Assembly (NCBI GenBank): GCA_016748015.1
Contig: JAAOMT010000778.1
Span: 4,945-68,944, forward strand
Source of the DNA: Geosiphon pyriformis uo1
Taxonomy: Eukaryota > Fungi > Glomeromycota
Direction: 5' to 3'
Length of the DNA stretch: 64,000 nucleotides
Positions 12,368 to 24,249 of the stretch are shown piece by piece; position 1 is the stretch's first letter; the number at the start of each line of letters is the position of its first letter. The notes under the pieces are model-generated. The model was not told where the DNA came from. It did no database searches and worked only from the letters and a program-made list of their open reading frames with translations. A program made the position numbers and the translations under genes.

Positions 12368-13038
12368 ATGAACAATTATTTCCTAGATCAAAACATTCAA
12401 AATGCTTTCTACACTCTCCATGAGTACTGGATCAAAAATTATTTAAATGCTACTCTGACCATTGGAAAACAACCACCATAATTGATAACAGTAGAACACA
12501 TACTGTTATTAAACCAAAGAAAACCACTACCAGAAGAAAAAGAATTGGTAGCAAAATGGATAAGTATTTACTGAAAAGCATAACAGCAGCAATACTTACA
12601 CCTTCCATGACAATTGGAAAAATGATTAAGGAAATCTTGTCTATAGACAAAAACTTGTCATATAGAAGACAACTAGAACTCTATAGTCATCTTGGTGAAA
12701 TTATAGAAGAAATGAAGCTCATGAAGAAAACAACTTCAGAGATACAAGTGAAAATTTTGGGCATTATACGTTTAAATGTCCCAAGAGTTTTGACCATTGC
12801 AAGAAAAGCCAAAACTCTTATACAAAGATTTGGTCTCTTGGATACAAAGCTTATTTCACCTCAAGTACTATACACTCTATTTACAAAAGATTTCAACAAA
12901 CTAGTTAGTTTTGAGTTAGACAAAACCCTTCAATTAGAATACCCTATAAATAGCTTGATTTCGCCAGAGCTCAATCTCTTTGGAGAAGATAATATTATGA
13001 TGAAACCCATAATTTTTATTAGTTATTACATGTATTAA
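12368..13038 (+). pseudogene. Gypsy-A ORF3 (~220 aa, unknown function), overlapping PPT and U3
   Basis: ORF-track pieces 12272-12481 and 12556-13038 are joined by a 1-nt indel near 12475. Conserved in three copies. Confidence 0.75.
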
Positions 13039-13646
13039 CTACTGATGTCATATAATTAGCCACTCTATTTTTAGATAGTGATTATTAACTTGATTATTGA
13101 CCTAGTTGTTGATCTGGTTGTTGACCACTTTCAATAGCTATATAAGCGATGAGTCTTTTAGCTATAGAAAATCATCTCTCAGACAAGAATCAAATAAATA
13201 AAAATAACAACTTTCATCTTAATTACTCTCTTATCACTAATTTCTCTTTCCTTACCTTCAAGTATTTGAACATCTTAGGATAAAAAGATTACTTGTTGGC
13301 CTTTTCTTGTTTGAATAATTGTAGTATTTGAAGACTATTTATATAAACATGACTGAAGAGCACAAGTTAATACTTGATATTGAATTCTAAAAGTGCTGAC
13401 ATGAAGACATAGAATTAATACCAGCAGTGATCAATTGTTAACAGTATGGACTATTTTTCTATCTTCAGATTCCCAGTTATCTTTGAAAAAAATAGTGACT
13501 GAGATATTTTATGAGACTGATCTTGCCCATTGAATCCATACTTATTCAATTCGCTCATTAAAGTTGAATCCTTTTTAATTATTTTCATCACTCTACAATC
13601 CTGTTCTCTCTTGCTATCTGTTAACTTGTTACTCCAACCCATAACA
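12993..13646 (+). repeat. Gypsy-A 3' LTR of A3
   Basis: Follows PPT ggagaagataa (12982-12992) and ends CCATAACA. Confidence 0.92.
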
Positions 13647-15362
13647 GTATATTTCCAATGCTTTACATTAAACTATATTAATATATTTGTATTTATCCAT
13701 AATGAGTGTAAACTCTAATATCTTAAAACAGCTGAGTATTCTACCACTGTTACTTTGTCTGTATTTTTTTGTAAAGTTTATTCATATTATTAGTAATCTA
13801 TCCTTGTTCTGTATCTGATGCAAATACAAAATATTCTCCTTTCTCAATAAGTTTTTGACTTTAGTATAGATTACACTTAAAAATATGACAGTCTCAATTA
13901 AGTGTAAGTGTGGTCTTAAAAATTCAGGTACTCTATATGTATTTTCAAAGTTTTTGAATAAAATGTCTCTTTTTTTTATTATTTGTATATATTTGCTATA
14001 AAATTAATTCTTGGTCTAGATTATTTATTAATGGGGTATTCAAGTATACTTTAAGCTGATCATCTTTGTGTTTGCAAGTTGGTTAGTCTGATTTTTGTAG
14101 TTATACCAGCAATATTATTATTGTTTAATCTAACCAACAAATCTGTGATCTTGTTTTTTGCTTGAATATTATCAATTTTGAACAAATTGTACAAAGATAA
14201 GTGATACATAATACTGGCTGGAAAATTTATTAAAAGTTTTGCCTTTTTTTTACAGTGGCTGAGATCTTTGAAGTTCATTTTTTGGCCCAATTAGTTAAAA
14301 TATAGGTCAATTAAGATCTAAATTCTATTATTGGACTAAGTATACTATTAAAAATGTAAATTGTCTGTTTTTTTGTAATATGTTTCTTCCTAATAACTTT
14401 ACATACTGCATTAATATCAGATTCTATTATTTTTAGCACAGTTTCATTTTTTTTATCTGCTTTAATCCATACCCTCAAATATTAGATACATATAGTAAGG
14501 TCTAGCAATTTCAAGATTTGTTTATTTGATCCAAATTTCAGTGGCTCAACTAACATTGATTTTTTTTTGGAAGGTCTGATTACCATTGTTTTAATCTTAT
14601 CTAAGTTAATTTTAATATTTACTATTCTAAAAAAAAAGCTGGTTGTATCTAATATACTCTGTATTTTCTGTCTTGAGTTAGCTATCTACACTCTGTTATC
14701 CACAAAAATAAAATAATTTACTGATATCAACAGTGATTGTGTATTTGTTTGGTTGTTTTATTTTTTTTATTCTGATGTTAGTTTGTACTCTTGACTATAA
14801 TTGGCTTGTTTTACTTTATTTAGTAAAGGGTTATAGAAAATTTTTCACATAATGGATAAGTTTGTTTTCCCCTAATCTAGTTCATCTTATACTTAATATT
14901 TATCACTTAATCTAAACTTAGTTATGATTCTATTGCTTTTATTGTTATGTATTAAGCCAAATAGCTTAATAAACCTATTGTTTATCTTGATTTTTTTCAG
15001 TGCAGCTTTTATGGGTTTCTATCTTACTAAGTTATAGGCCTTTTTTATGTCCTAAAATGTAAACTAAGCCTCATTACCAAATTCTCTTGCATGTTTAGCA
15101 ACAGCATTAATTACATGAATTGGCATTGTTATAGATATATTCTTCAAAACTAAAGTGTTGTAATCTTTTAGAACATTATAGAACTCATATGTTTTTGATA
15201 TTTTTTTAGTTAAAATCTTTGTTAAGATCTTTCTAATACTTTTTATAAGTGTAATTAGTCTGGTAATGTTAATATTGCCACTTTATTTTTTTAGTTTTGG
15301 AATTAGTATGACTTATCCTATTTTCTATTTCTTAAACATGTTTGTTGCTTTTATATAAGTAT
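13647..15362 (-). mobile_element. LINE-B ORF2 (RT region) fragment
   Basis: Reverse-complement match to 19490-20065, 20491-20809 and 25069-25855. Remnants of ILIPK, RPITL, QD.KKAY and YLG. Confidence 0.85.
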
Positions 15363-15502
15363 GAGTTTTAACTATAATACTAGCATAGAACAAAACAATT
15401 TTAATAATAATACTTGAAAAATTGGCATTATTAATATTAAAGAACTTAATAATTCTAACAAACTAAAGAAGTACTACAGTGAATTAAAGAAGAACAATTT
15501 GA

Positions 15503-17932
15503 TTTTTTTTTTGTTAATGTGTAGTTACACTAATTGTTTATTAGTTTGTTTAATAATATAGTTAACATTTTTATAAAGCCAGCTTACCCAATAATACAAA
15601 ATTACAAGATGTGGCTAACCACAAGTGGAAAGTCCTAATTACATACTAGTACTACTTATGCTACTTAATATATTAAATATATATAATTCATACATTTTAC
15701 TCATAATACTAACAAGCTCATAACTATTTTTAATCATACTACTCATCCACTTAGCAGTCTAATCAAGATTGGATTTAATATTAAAAAGTTGAATCTCCCA
15801 TAATTCTATTATTGCATCAAATATGTCATCATAGACTCAGAAATTTTTAATATCAATATTATTATCATCATCATCTATGTTTTTATTTTTAAAAACATTA
15901 ACAAAGTAGACTTTCTCACTTTTTTTTTGATGTCTACTACTTCTTTTTGTAGCAAAGAAGCCACAGCACAAACAGTTTTAATTTGGGTTGCCAATCCAAT
16001 TACACTTTTTTTTATTGCTTCTGCCATAACAAGTAAAGTAAACAGTAATTTAGTAATCAACATAACCAGAGAGCTCACAGGCTCAACTATAGATTTAATC
16101 AACAAAAACAGTTTACTAAGATGAGTTTTCAAAGAAGCCAATCTAGCATTAACAGCAGCATCTGGACCAAAGAAAACAATAGATAACAGAGGTATTAAAA
16201 CTATAAAAGAGCACCAAAGACCAGATTCATATCAGCAGCAGCAGCAACAAGAGAAACAACAGAGATAACAGCTTTGGCATAAGATTTGGCTTCAACAAAA
16301 GACAACTTGAAAACTTTGAGACCACCAACAGAGTTGGAAAAAATTTTGGGAGAGAGAGGTAATAACACTTTATAGTTTATAGCCAAATAATTCAATTCTT
16401 GATATCTGTAGCAATAACAACATTCAAGAGTTTCCCATCAAATGTGACAGCCATATAAAGTACCAGTTTTTGATACAGCAATGTTCAAAAATTCTGAGGA
16501 ATCAAATATAACTATAGCAAAACATTGATATCAATATAACTTAAGAGAATAGAAAATAAAACAAGTATGGCCACCAACTTGAGAGACCAACTTGCTAATC
16601 TTAAAGGCAGTACAGCCAAAAAAAAGATTAACCAACTTGGTTTTAAAAGCATTTCTTGAAATAATAATCTTCTTTTGGTTGACTAAAAGCAGAATTCTAA
16701 TACTGTTTTTTCTTACCAATACTAACCAGTAAGTAAGAGCAATAGCAGCAGAAGAAGAGTCTTGAAATTGAACCACAGCATATTTTTATAAACCAGTAGG
16801 CTTTAATTTGACTAAAGTAACAACACCAAAAACACCCAGAGAGAGTTTAATGTCATTAAAAGAAGTACTTAAAGATACATTATAAAGTGCAACTAATACA
16901 AAAGAGAAAGAAACAGAGACTACACCAAAAGACTGTGTAATCTTAAGAGTGGTCAGAAAAACTTCATTATTAATGGCCATTTTGGTGGCACTGTATAGAT
17001 TCTCTTGAGATACAAATTCCACACAAAACAATTTGACAGCATTTCATAAAACAGACTTAAACCCAATACAACCAGACAGCAACTAAAACAAAGAAACAAG
17101 CAGGACCATTTTAATCTTAAATGTAATACTAAGTACTAGATTGGAGGCCACCCAACCAGAGAACTTTTAATAACCATTCATATTCTCCCAAGCATTACTA
17201 TTAACAACACCAGAAACTGAAGAAGAAGCAGTTAATTTTATTTCCATCTGATCAACCCAATCTTTAAGATTATCTGCAATAATAAACTGTTTTTGCTTTT
17301 ATAATAAGTGATAATCTGCTAAAAAGTACTATATCAGGCAACACAGCCAGTAGTTGATCTTGGCTTATCTTAAAAAATATGCTGCTGCTGTTGCCATTCA
17401 TATCAAGAAGAGAACTGGCTGTTGCTGTGAAGATTTTACCCAAGATCTTATCTGAAACCACAAAGAAGTTTGGTGTCACCAAAGCAGTTGTGAGTGTTAG
17501 CTGCTGTTTTTTGGAATTTTTGGCTTTTATGGCTATTTGTAAAGCAGTAGTAGTAGTAGTAAAAATGGGAGTAGTAAGAGCAAGAAAGACCAATTTGTTT
17601 ACTGGTCTGTTATTAAAAATCTTTGGGCTTTTAGAAGTAGTAGAAACAACATTGAGACTAACTTAAGTATGTTTTTTGGAAGGAATTTTGACTGGAAAAG
17701 AACTACCAGCCAAAGATAAAGAAACTGAACCAGAAACCATTAAAAGCAGCTTTTCACTAATATTTTTAAAAAAAAATGTAGCCAAAACATTTTGTCTAGC
17801 TGCTTTAATAACAGAGAGATCTTTTCATGTTGAAACTTTATTAGTTACTATAAGAAAAGTAATGTTTGCAGCTTTTTTACTCTTAGTTCTAGTCATAATT
17901 ATAAAAATTAAAAGAAAAAAAGTTTTTTTGCT
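15503..17932 (-). mobile_element. HAL-C copy C1: ORF1-only non-autonomous poly(A) retroelement
   Basis: Poly(T) at 15503-15512; 9-bp TSD ACAATTTGA (15494-15502 / 17933-17941); one decayed ORF1 and no ORF2; LINE-B-like 3' tail. Confidence 0.88.
15639..17896 (-). pseudogene. HAL-C ORF1 (~750 codons; RRM-like domains, CCHC knuckle, coiled/acidic C-terminus)
   Basis: ORF-track pieces 17270-17593, 16786-17031, 16531-16776, 16201-16395 and 15875-16141. Homologous to but diverged from LINE-B ORF1. Confidence 0.8.
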
Positions 17933-20065
17933 ACAATTTGACTTTGTAATTATTATGAAAACTAAATTAACTCCACACAAAAAAAAAAGTATGCTTTTTG
18001 GCTTTAGTGAATATCATGCTTTTTGAAAGTCAAGTGCTAAGAAACAAATGGAAACTGAGGTGGAAATACTGATAAAAAGATATTAAACTCACTATATAAA
18101 ATTAATCAGAGAATACTATAGAAGAATATTATATTTGGTATTAAAATTTAGAAGTAAAATTAGTGTGCACATAGTAGAATTGTACATATCTGCTTCAAAA
18201 TCGATCTCTGAGAAAGCAGTAGCAAAAAAATCAGAAAACTCTTGGTAAATATTGTGCAAAACAAAGAAATAATCATAGTAACAAGCAATTTGAATAAAGA
18301 TCTAGCATCCAAATCACTTGAAGAAACATTTGCTACAAACAAAGTCAAAGTTTGTCCCACTGCAACAATGTTGTAACAAATAAATTTGGTAAATACATAT
18401 AAAGTATATGCAACAAACAAGCTGGAAAAAACATGAACATTAAATAAAATACAAAGAAAATTAGACTATATGTTTACTAATGCTGTTATAGCTTCATTGA
18501 TTACAAACATTGAGATGATTAATGTCAATAAATTATTTAGAACTGATTACAAAACAGTAGTAACAAGTATCTGATTTGACAGATATTAAAAAATCTAAAT
18601 CTGGAAGAAAAAAAAGTAACACAACTATAATTAATGGAAAAAAAGCATCTGAAATGCAATAAAAAATCTATTTAAGAGAAATTGATTAATTAACAGATAA
18701 AACACAAAGAAAATTAGAAGATAATAGCAATAATAATCTAAACCAAATATAACTTACAATTAAGAAAACTGTGTTTCAAACTGCTGATTGTTTACTAAAA
18801 AAAAAGTAAAAGTCTGATCTATACACATAAAAAAAAATGCACAAATCACAAACTGGTTAAAATTATAGCTGATATAATCAAACAAATAAGAGTAAAAAAT
18901 GTAAATATACATAATAACAATATTATACAGCTATTAACTAAATAGAAACAATTAAAACCTAAAGTAACAAATAATTCTTCCAAGAGATAAATTTATTATA
19001 GAACTATTTAGTATTAAAAAAAAATACAGATCAATATTGTATTCTAGGATTAAGCTATAATAGCAAAGCCAGATAATGAACAATATTATCAAAAAACAAC
19101 AAAACTTTGAACTAAACAAAGGGACTATAATTAAGAGCATTCTAAACAAAAAAAAACAAAGAATAGTACTGAACTATATTATTGAAGAAGGCAAATTTCA
19201 TGATAATTATGATGAAATCAAAAAGCTAATAAACAAAAAAGCTTAAAATTGAATTAGAACAAGAATTCTTGAACCTAAAATTTAAGAAAATTGGAAATAC
19301 AGATTTAAACTAATTGAGAGTATTTTTGACCATGTTTTTGATAGTGTAATGACTGAAATAACAAATAAAGAATTTAAACACATACTGGGTCACATATTAT
19401 ACAACAAAGCTTCTGGCTTATTAGACATTCAAGCTGAACTATGGAAGAAGGCTGGGCCTAATACCAAGTTTAAACTGAAAATACTGCTTAATATTTGCAT
19501 AGAAGCAGCAAATATGTCTAATAAGTAGAGAATAATACAAGTCATATTAATTCCAAAGCCAAAAAAACAAAATAGCAATATTGACATTATTAGGCCAATT
19601 ACACTTATAAAAAGTACCAGAAAAATCTTAACAAAGATTCTGACTGTAAGAATATTAAAAACATATAAGCTTTACAATATTTTAAAAGATTATAATATCT
19701 TATTTTAAAGAATACTTTTACAATAGTGCCAATTTATGTAATTAATGCTATAGCTAAGCATGCAAGAAAATTTGGTAATAAGGCTTGGTTTACATTTCAA
19801 GACATGAAAAAAGCATATAACTTAGTAGAATAGAAATTCATAAAAGCTGTACTAAAAAAATTAAGATAAAGAATAAGTTTACTGAATTATTTGGCTTAAT
19901 ACACAACAATAAAAACAATAGAATCATAATTGAGTTTGAATTAAGTAATGAATATCAAGTATAGAATAGACTAAATTAGAGGGAAACAAGCTTATTTATT
20001 ATGTAAAAGTTTTTTATAATATTTTATTATATAAAATAAAACAAGCCAATTATAGTCAAAAGTAT

Positions 20066-20490
20066 TGTTATAGGTTGGAGTAACAAGCTAACAGATAGCA
20101 AGAGAGAACAGAATTGTAAAGTGATGAAAATAATCAAAAAAAAATTACAATAAGGGAGCAAATTAAGAAGAGAAAAAAATAAGATATATGAATGCTAACA
20201 AGTAATCTTTTATTTTAAGATGTTTAGATACTTAAAGATAGGGAAAAAAAAATAAGCAATATGAGAGAAAGTAATTGATAATGGATTTTTATTTTATTAC
20301 TTTGATTATGTTTTTTTATAACTAAGAGACTTATTGCTTATATAGCTATTAAAAGTGGTTAATAATTAGGTCAACAACTAAGTCAATAATCAGATTAATA
20401 ATCACTATTTAAAAATAAGGTGGTTAATTATATGATATTAATGGTTAATACATATAATAATTAATAAATCTATGAATTTTAATCATAACA
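20066..20490 (-). repeat. Gypsy-A solo LTR, internally deleted
   Basis: Both LTR termini present but ~250 bp missing. Flanks GTAT/ATAC are a mutated GTAC 4-bp TSD (the uninterrupted LINE-B copy near 14785 has GTAC). Confidence 0.88.
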
Positions 20491-20992
20491 ATACAAATTG
20501 ATGGCTAAATAAAAAAAATAGAGCAATTAAACAGATACACAATTATTGTTAGTATTAGTAAACTATCTTGTTTTTGTAAATAACACAGTGTGAATAGCTA
20601 ATTTAAGACAGAAAATACAGAATATACTAAACACAGCTAGCTTTTTTTATAGAATAATAAATATTGAGATCAATTTAAATAAAACTAACACTATGGTAGT
20701 TAGATCTTTTGAAAGTAGATTAGTATTAGCTAAGCCATTAAAATTTGAATCAACTTAACAAATCTTAAAATTGTTGAACCCTATTACATGTATTTGGTAC
20801 TTGGGAGTACAGTGAACTCTCTTTATAATCATACTTTTTGGTTAGCACATTTGTGGTGACTATAAAAAGATAGGACTATAAAAAATGATTAATATCTTAT
20901 CACATAATCTATATATTACATGCATAATATAATAACCAATTATATATATTTTATTTAAAAAAGCTATCTATTTGCAACTGTTTTTTTTCTTC

Positions 20993-22509
20993 TTAAACTT
21001 TGAAAACAGTATTATAAATTAATGCTTTCAAAGTTTTAAAAAAGTCTGAATCAACTTTTTCACTATACTGCTCTTCACAATAGCACAATGTATCTTCAAG
21101 TGCAATTTTACTTTGATGTGTAGATAGCAAAGGCAAAGATTCATCTTCATTTTCACTTTCTAAATTTTTATTTGCATTAAAATTTCCACTATACTTGTTG
21201 TTAATAAGATCCACAATTTTATCCTCTAAAGCATAAGTAAATAATGATTCAAACTTGTCAATATTAATAAAGTTTATTGCCAATAGCTTATCAATATCAA
21301 TGTGCTCAATAAAAACTTGTACTTTTTGTAAGAGTTCTTGTTCAATATTTAATGGATGGACTGGCATTTGACTATTATTCAAAATTTCTGTATACATCAA
21401 CAGTTTTGGATTGTAGTTGTTGTTACTACTGACTATGCATCAATTAGAAAGTCAACTGCATTCTTTAATGTTATTGTTGATATTAAAATCTTGTCATCAT
21501 ACTGATTAATAAGATGGAAAAAAAACAACTTTTGGTATTGTGTCTTAAAAGATGCAATAATTTCTGCATTTAATGATTGCAAATGGGATGTTGTATTGGA
21601 TGATAAGTATCTAATCATAATATTAGATAATACAAAAGATTCTCTATCATGGGGACCAGCATTATCAAGCAATAGCAAAATCTTTTTTTTTTTGTGATGT
21701 ATTTCTTCATTTAATAAATTAAGTCATTCACTAAAAATATCAGTTTGCATTCATGCTTTTGTATTGTAATGATAAGTGATTGGAAGTGCATTCATATTAA
21801 TATTGCAAAAACATCATGGCTTTGTGGTTTTGCCAATAATTAAAGGCTACAACTTGATGCTGCCTATTGCATTATAAGCAAAAAGTATGGTAACTTGACT
21901 CTTATCATGCTTGGTACCAGAGGTAGATCTTGTTGCCAAAGTTGCATTTAGTGGTATTCTAAAGAATAATGCTGTCTTATTGGCATTGTAAACATTATTT
22001 AGATCATATTTACTGATAATCTTATACAGTTTTTCTTATTCCTCTGGTAAAATTTCCAAGGGGGCACTGTTTGTTTTGTTATGCATCTTAATATGGTGCA
22101 AATTATGACGTTTCTTGAATTTTTCTAACCAACCATCTGATGCTTTAAAGTTATTTTCTTCCAGAAACTTTTCAGTAAACTTGAGGACTTTCATTTGTAA
22201 AAATTTTCTAGTAAAAATGCAGTTGGTAGCTAGTGCTCCAAGCATCTATTTTCCTAGTGCATTATTTATTTTTGGAAACATCTCTTTCCTGTCTTTTGTT
22301 AATTAACCAGAGTTGCTAGATACATTCTTTTTAATTTATCGGTCTGATTTTGCAAGTATCTTTGTTATAGTAGAATGGTCAACTTTTAGATTAAATATTT
22401 CGATAAGTCTATTTGCTAAGTAGTCAAGATGCTCTAGTTTGTATTGGCAAAGAGCCTTTTTGGTTTCCAAGGAGATTGCTGTTCACTTTTGGTTCATATT
22501 TTTTGACAT
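20993..22509 (-). pseudogene. pogo/CENP-B-like DDD transposase
   Basis: FKASDGWLEKFKKRH (CENP-B HTH), VYNA(D>N)KTALF, LLLDNAGPH, TSHLQSL(D>N)AEII. Confidence 0.92.
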
Positions 22510-22679
22510 GTTAATAAAAACACGCTTTTTATTGTATTTTGCTTTTATAACATATTGATGTATTTGTTATATTTCAAACATCATTTTGCCTTATATCTAA
22601 TTGGACATGTGAGGTGTTTTATGTTATATGAAGTGTCTCAGATTATAAAAAGCAGCCAAATTATAAAAATGAAGGTTTT

Positions 22680-22890
22680 AATTCAACTATAGAATTCTAA
22701 GTGCAAATAACAGATTCTCAGTAAAAAGAAACCTAATTTTGATAATATATCTATGACACTTTTTGTTTCTTACCTCCAACTGATGATCAATAATAAAGGC
22801 TGTCAATTTGATCTTCTGCATACTTGCATAATCACATAAAAGATAGCACAATGTCATGTTGTTAAGCCCTCCAAATACAGCAATGCCTAT
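22680..22890 (-). pseudogene. Captured PP-loop ATPase exon(s), TilS/tRNA(Ile)-lysidine synthase-like, with intron
   Basis: GIAVFGGLNNMTLCYLL...LTAFIIDHQL converts to AVSGGPDSMAL...DH using only C>T/G>A reversions. GTAAG...TTAG intron at 22697-22773. Confidence 0.72.
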
Positions 22891-22998
22891 ATCAATTGGA
22901 ATATCAATATAAAATACTTTGCATAATATCAGAGATATTAGAGTGAAAGTCAATTGTAGTTTTTTAAAAAATGTCTTGATCATCATAAGTTATGGGAT

Positions 22999-23945
22999 TT
23001 GATATATAATATATATAGGCATGCAATGGCTTCCAAATTAATATGGCCATATATTGTTTTTAAGAAAAATCCATCTGTTAAAGGTTACTTAGAATGGGCC
23101 CAAAATAAAACAGATCCCACATTCAGGTTAAAGTATGAACAAGTCTTTTTTTATTTACAAGCAATTATTAACTTTTGCACTGGAGTTTGTTTTAATAAGT
23201 CTTTATTAAAACTCACAGCTAGACAAATGTTTGTACCAATTTGGTTTACTCGGCACCATCCTATTTACCAATTAATTGAAATTGCTGATGAAAAACAATG
23301 GCTACAATTAAAGTCTGAAGTTTGCAAGCTGATTCAAGAAAGAATTGTAATTTCTTGATCTAAACTTTCAAATTAACATCAAGGCCATGATGCAATACTT
23401 GAAGAAATTAATAAAACACTTAAATTGTTGATTCTTTTTACATTTTTACAATGGCATTGAAAAATTGCAGCGCATAACTATATCAAATTTGAGAGATTGC
23501 ATACTAATCTCTTTAATGTCATTGAATATTCTAAAAGTGAAATATACAGGTCTTATACACGTTTTAGCTTTATTGCTGAATCAAATTGATTTCGAGTTCA
23601 GATAAGAAAGACACAGTTTGTAAATCCAAATATCTCTAATCATGTTTTTTGTGATATTAACCATGAATAAATATTAAGTAAAGAAATAAAAAAATTCAGT
23701 GAAATTACATAGATGAAAAAAATAGACTTTTTTAAAATAAGACAAATTAAGAAAACATTATTAGGTACTTGGAAACCAATTTTAGTAACAAGTAAAGAAG
23801 CAAATCATCAAAAAATGTAAATCTATTAATAAAATCACAACTATTACTTATTATTAACTCTCTAATATCTCTTTTAAGTGATCATGTTTTCAAAGCTTAT
23901 CAAGTTAATTATGTGACAGCCTAATAAATATCCTTCAAGAAGTTA
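22999..23945 (+). pseudogene. Cargo fragment, possibly the C-terminal region of an Academ/DUF6589-like transposase
   Basis: A 119-aa ORF continues past stops into ..HQGHDAILEEINKTLK.., recalling the D..LE..N...K motif of Academ-type transposases. Family assignment is from memory. Confidence 0.45.
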
Positions 23946-24249
23946 GAAATATATTGTATTGTGTACAGTTTTGTTTATCTTGGGTTGGATGTATTACTAT
24001 TTATAATTGGCATTTTTAAAACATGATATGTTGAGTTTAGGTCCAAATTTTTATTCTGTGTGATTATGTTTGGATTATGAAAAGTATTCAACATGGATTT
24101 ATTTGCCCCAAAAAAGTTGATATTTAATATATCTTTAAAACTATTAGTCAAATTTTTGCTTGCTAATACTAAATATTAGTCAAATGATGAATATAATTGC
24201 TAATATAGAGCTTTTTTTTAATTATGAATGTCAAAGTTGATGTGAAAAT

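Larger units (their letters stand above)
5983..13646 (+). mobile_element. Gypsy-A copy A3, full-length Ty3/Gypsy (LTR-gag-PR-RT-RH-IN-ORF3-LTR), decayed
   Basis: Two LTRs, PBS and PPT present. Domain order PR-RT-RH-IN; no chromodomain recognisable. Confidence 0.95.

Noticed and set aside
12368-13038. ORF3 as an envelope gene
   Set aside because: No signal peptide, transmembrane segment or fusion-protein features are visible, and it is too short.
13647-15400. Twin-priming 5' inversion of one LINE
   Set aside because: The inverted part duplicates sequence also present in the plus-strand copy, so these are two copies.
17379-18026. Recurrent plus-strand ORFs in HAL-C (also 30298-30764, 40654-41223, 52241-52579)
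   Set aside because: Most simply antisense shadows of ORF1; no recognisable motif, and they recur only because the element is repeated.
22687-22986. Functional host tilS gene
   Set aside because: Only the N-terminal exon(s) are present, the PP-loop is mutated, and it lies inside transposon TIRs.
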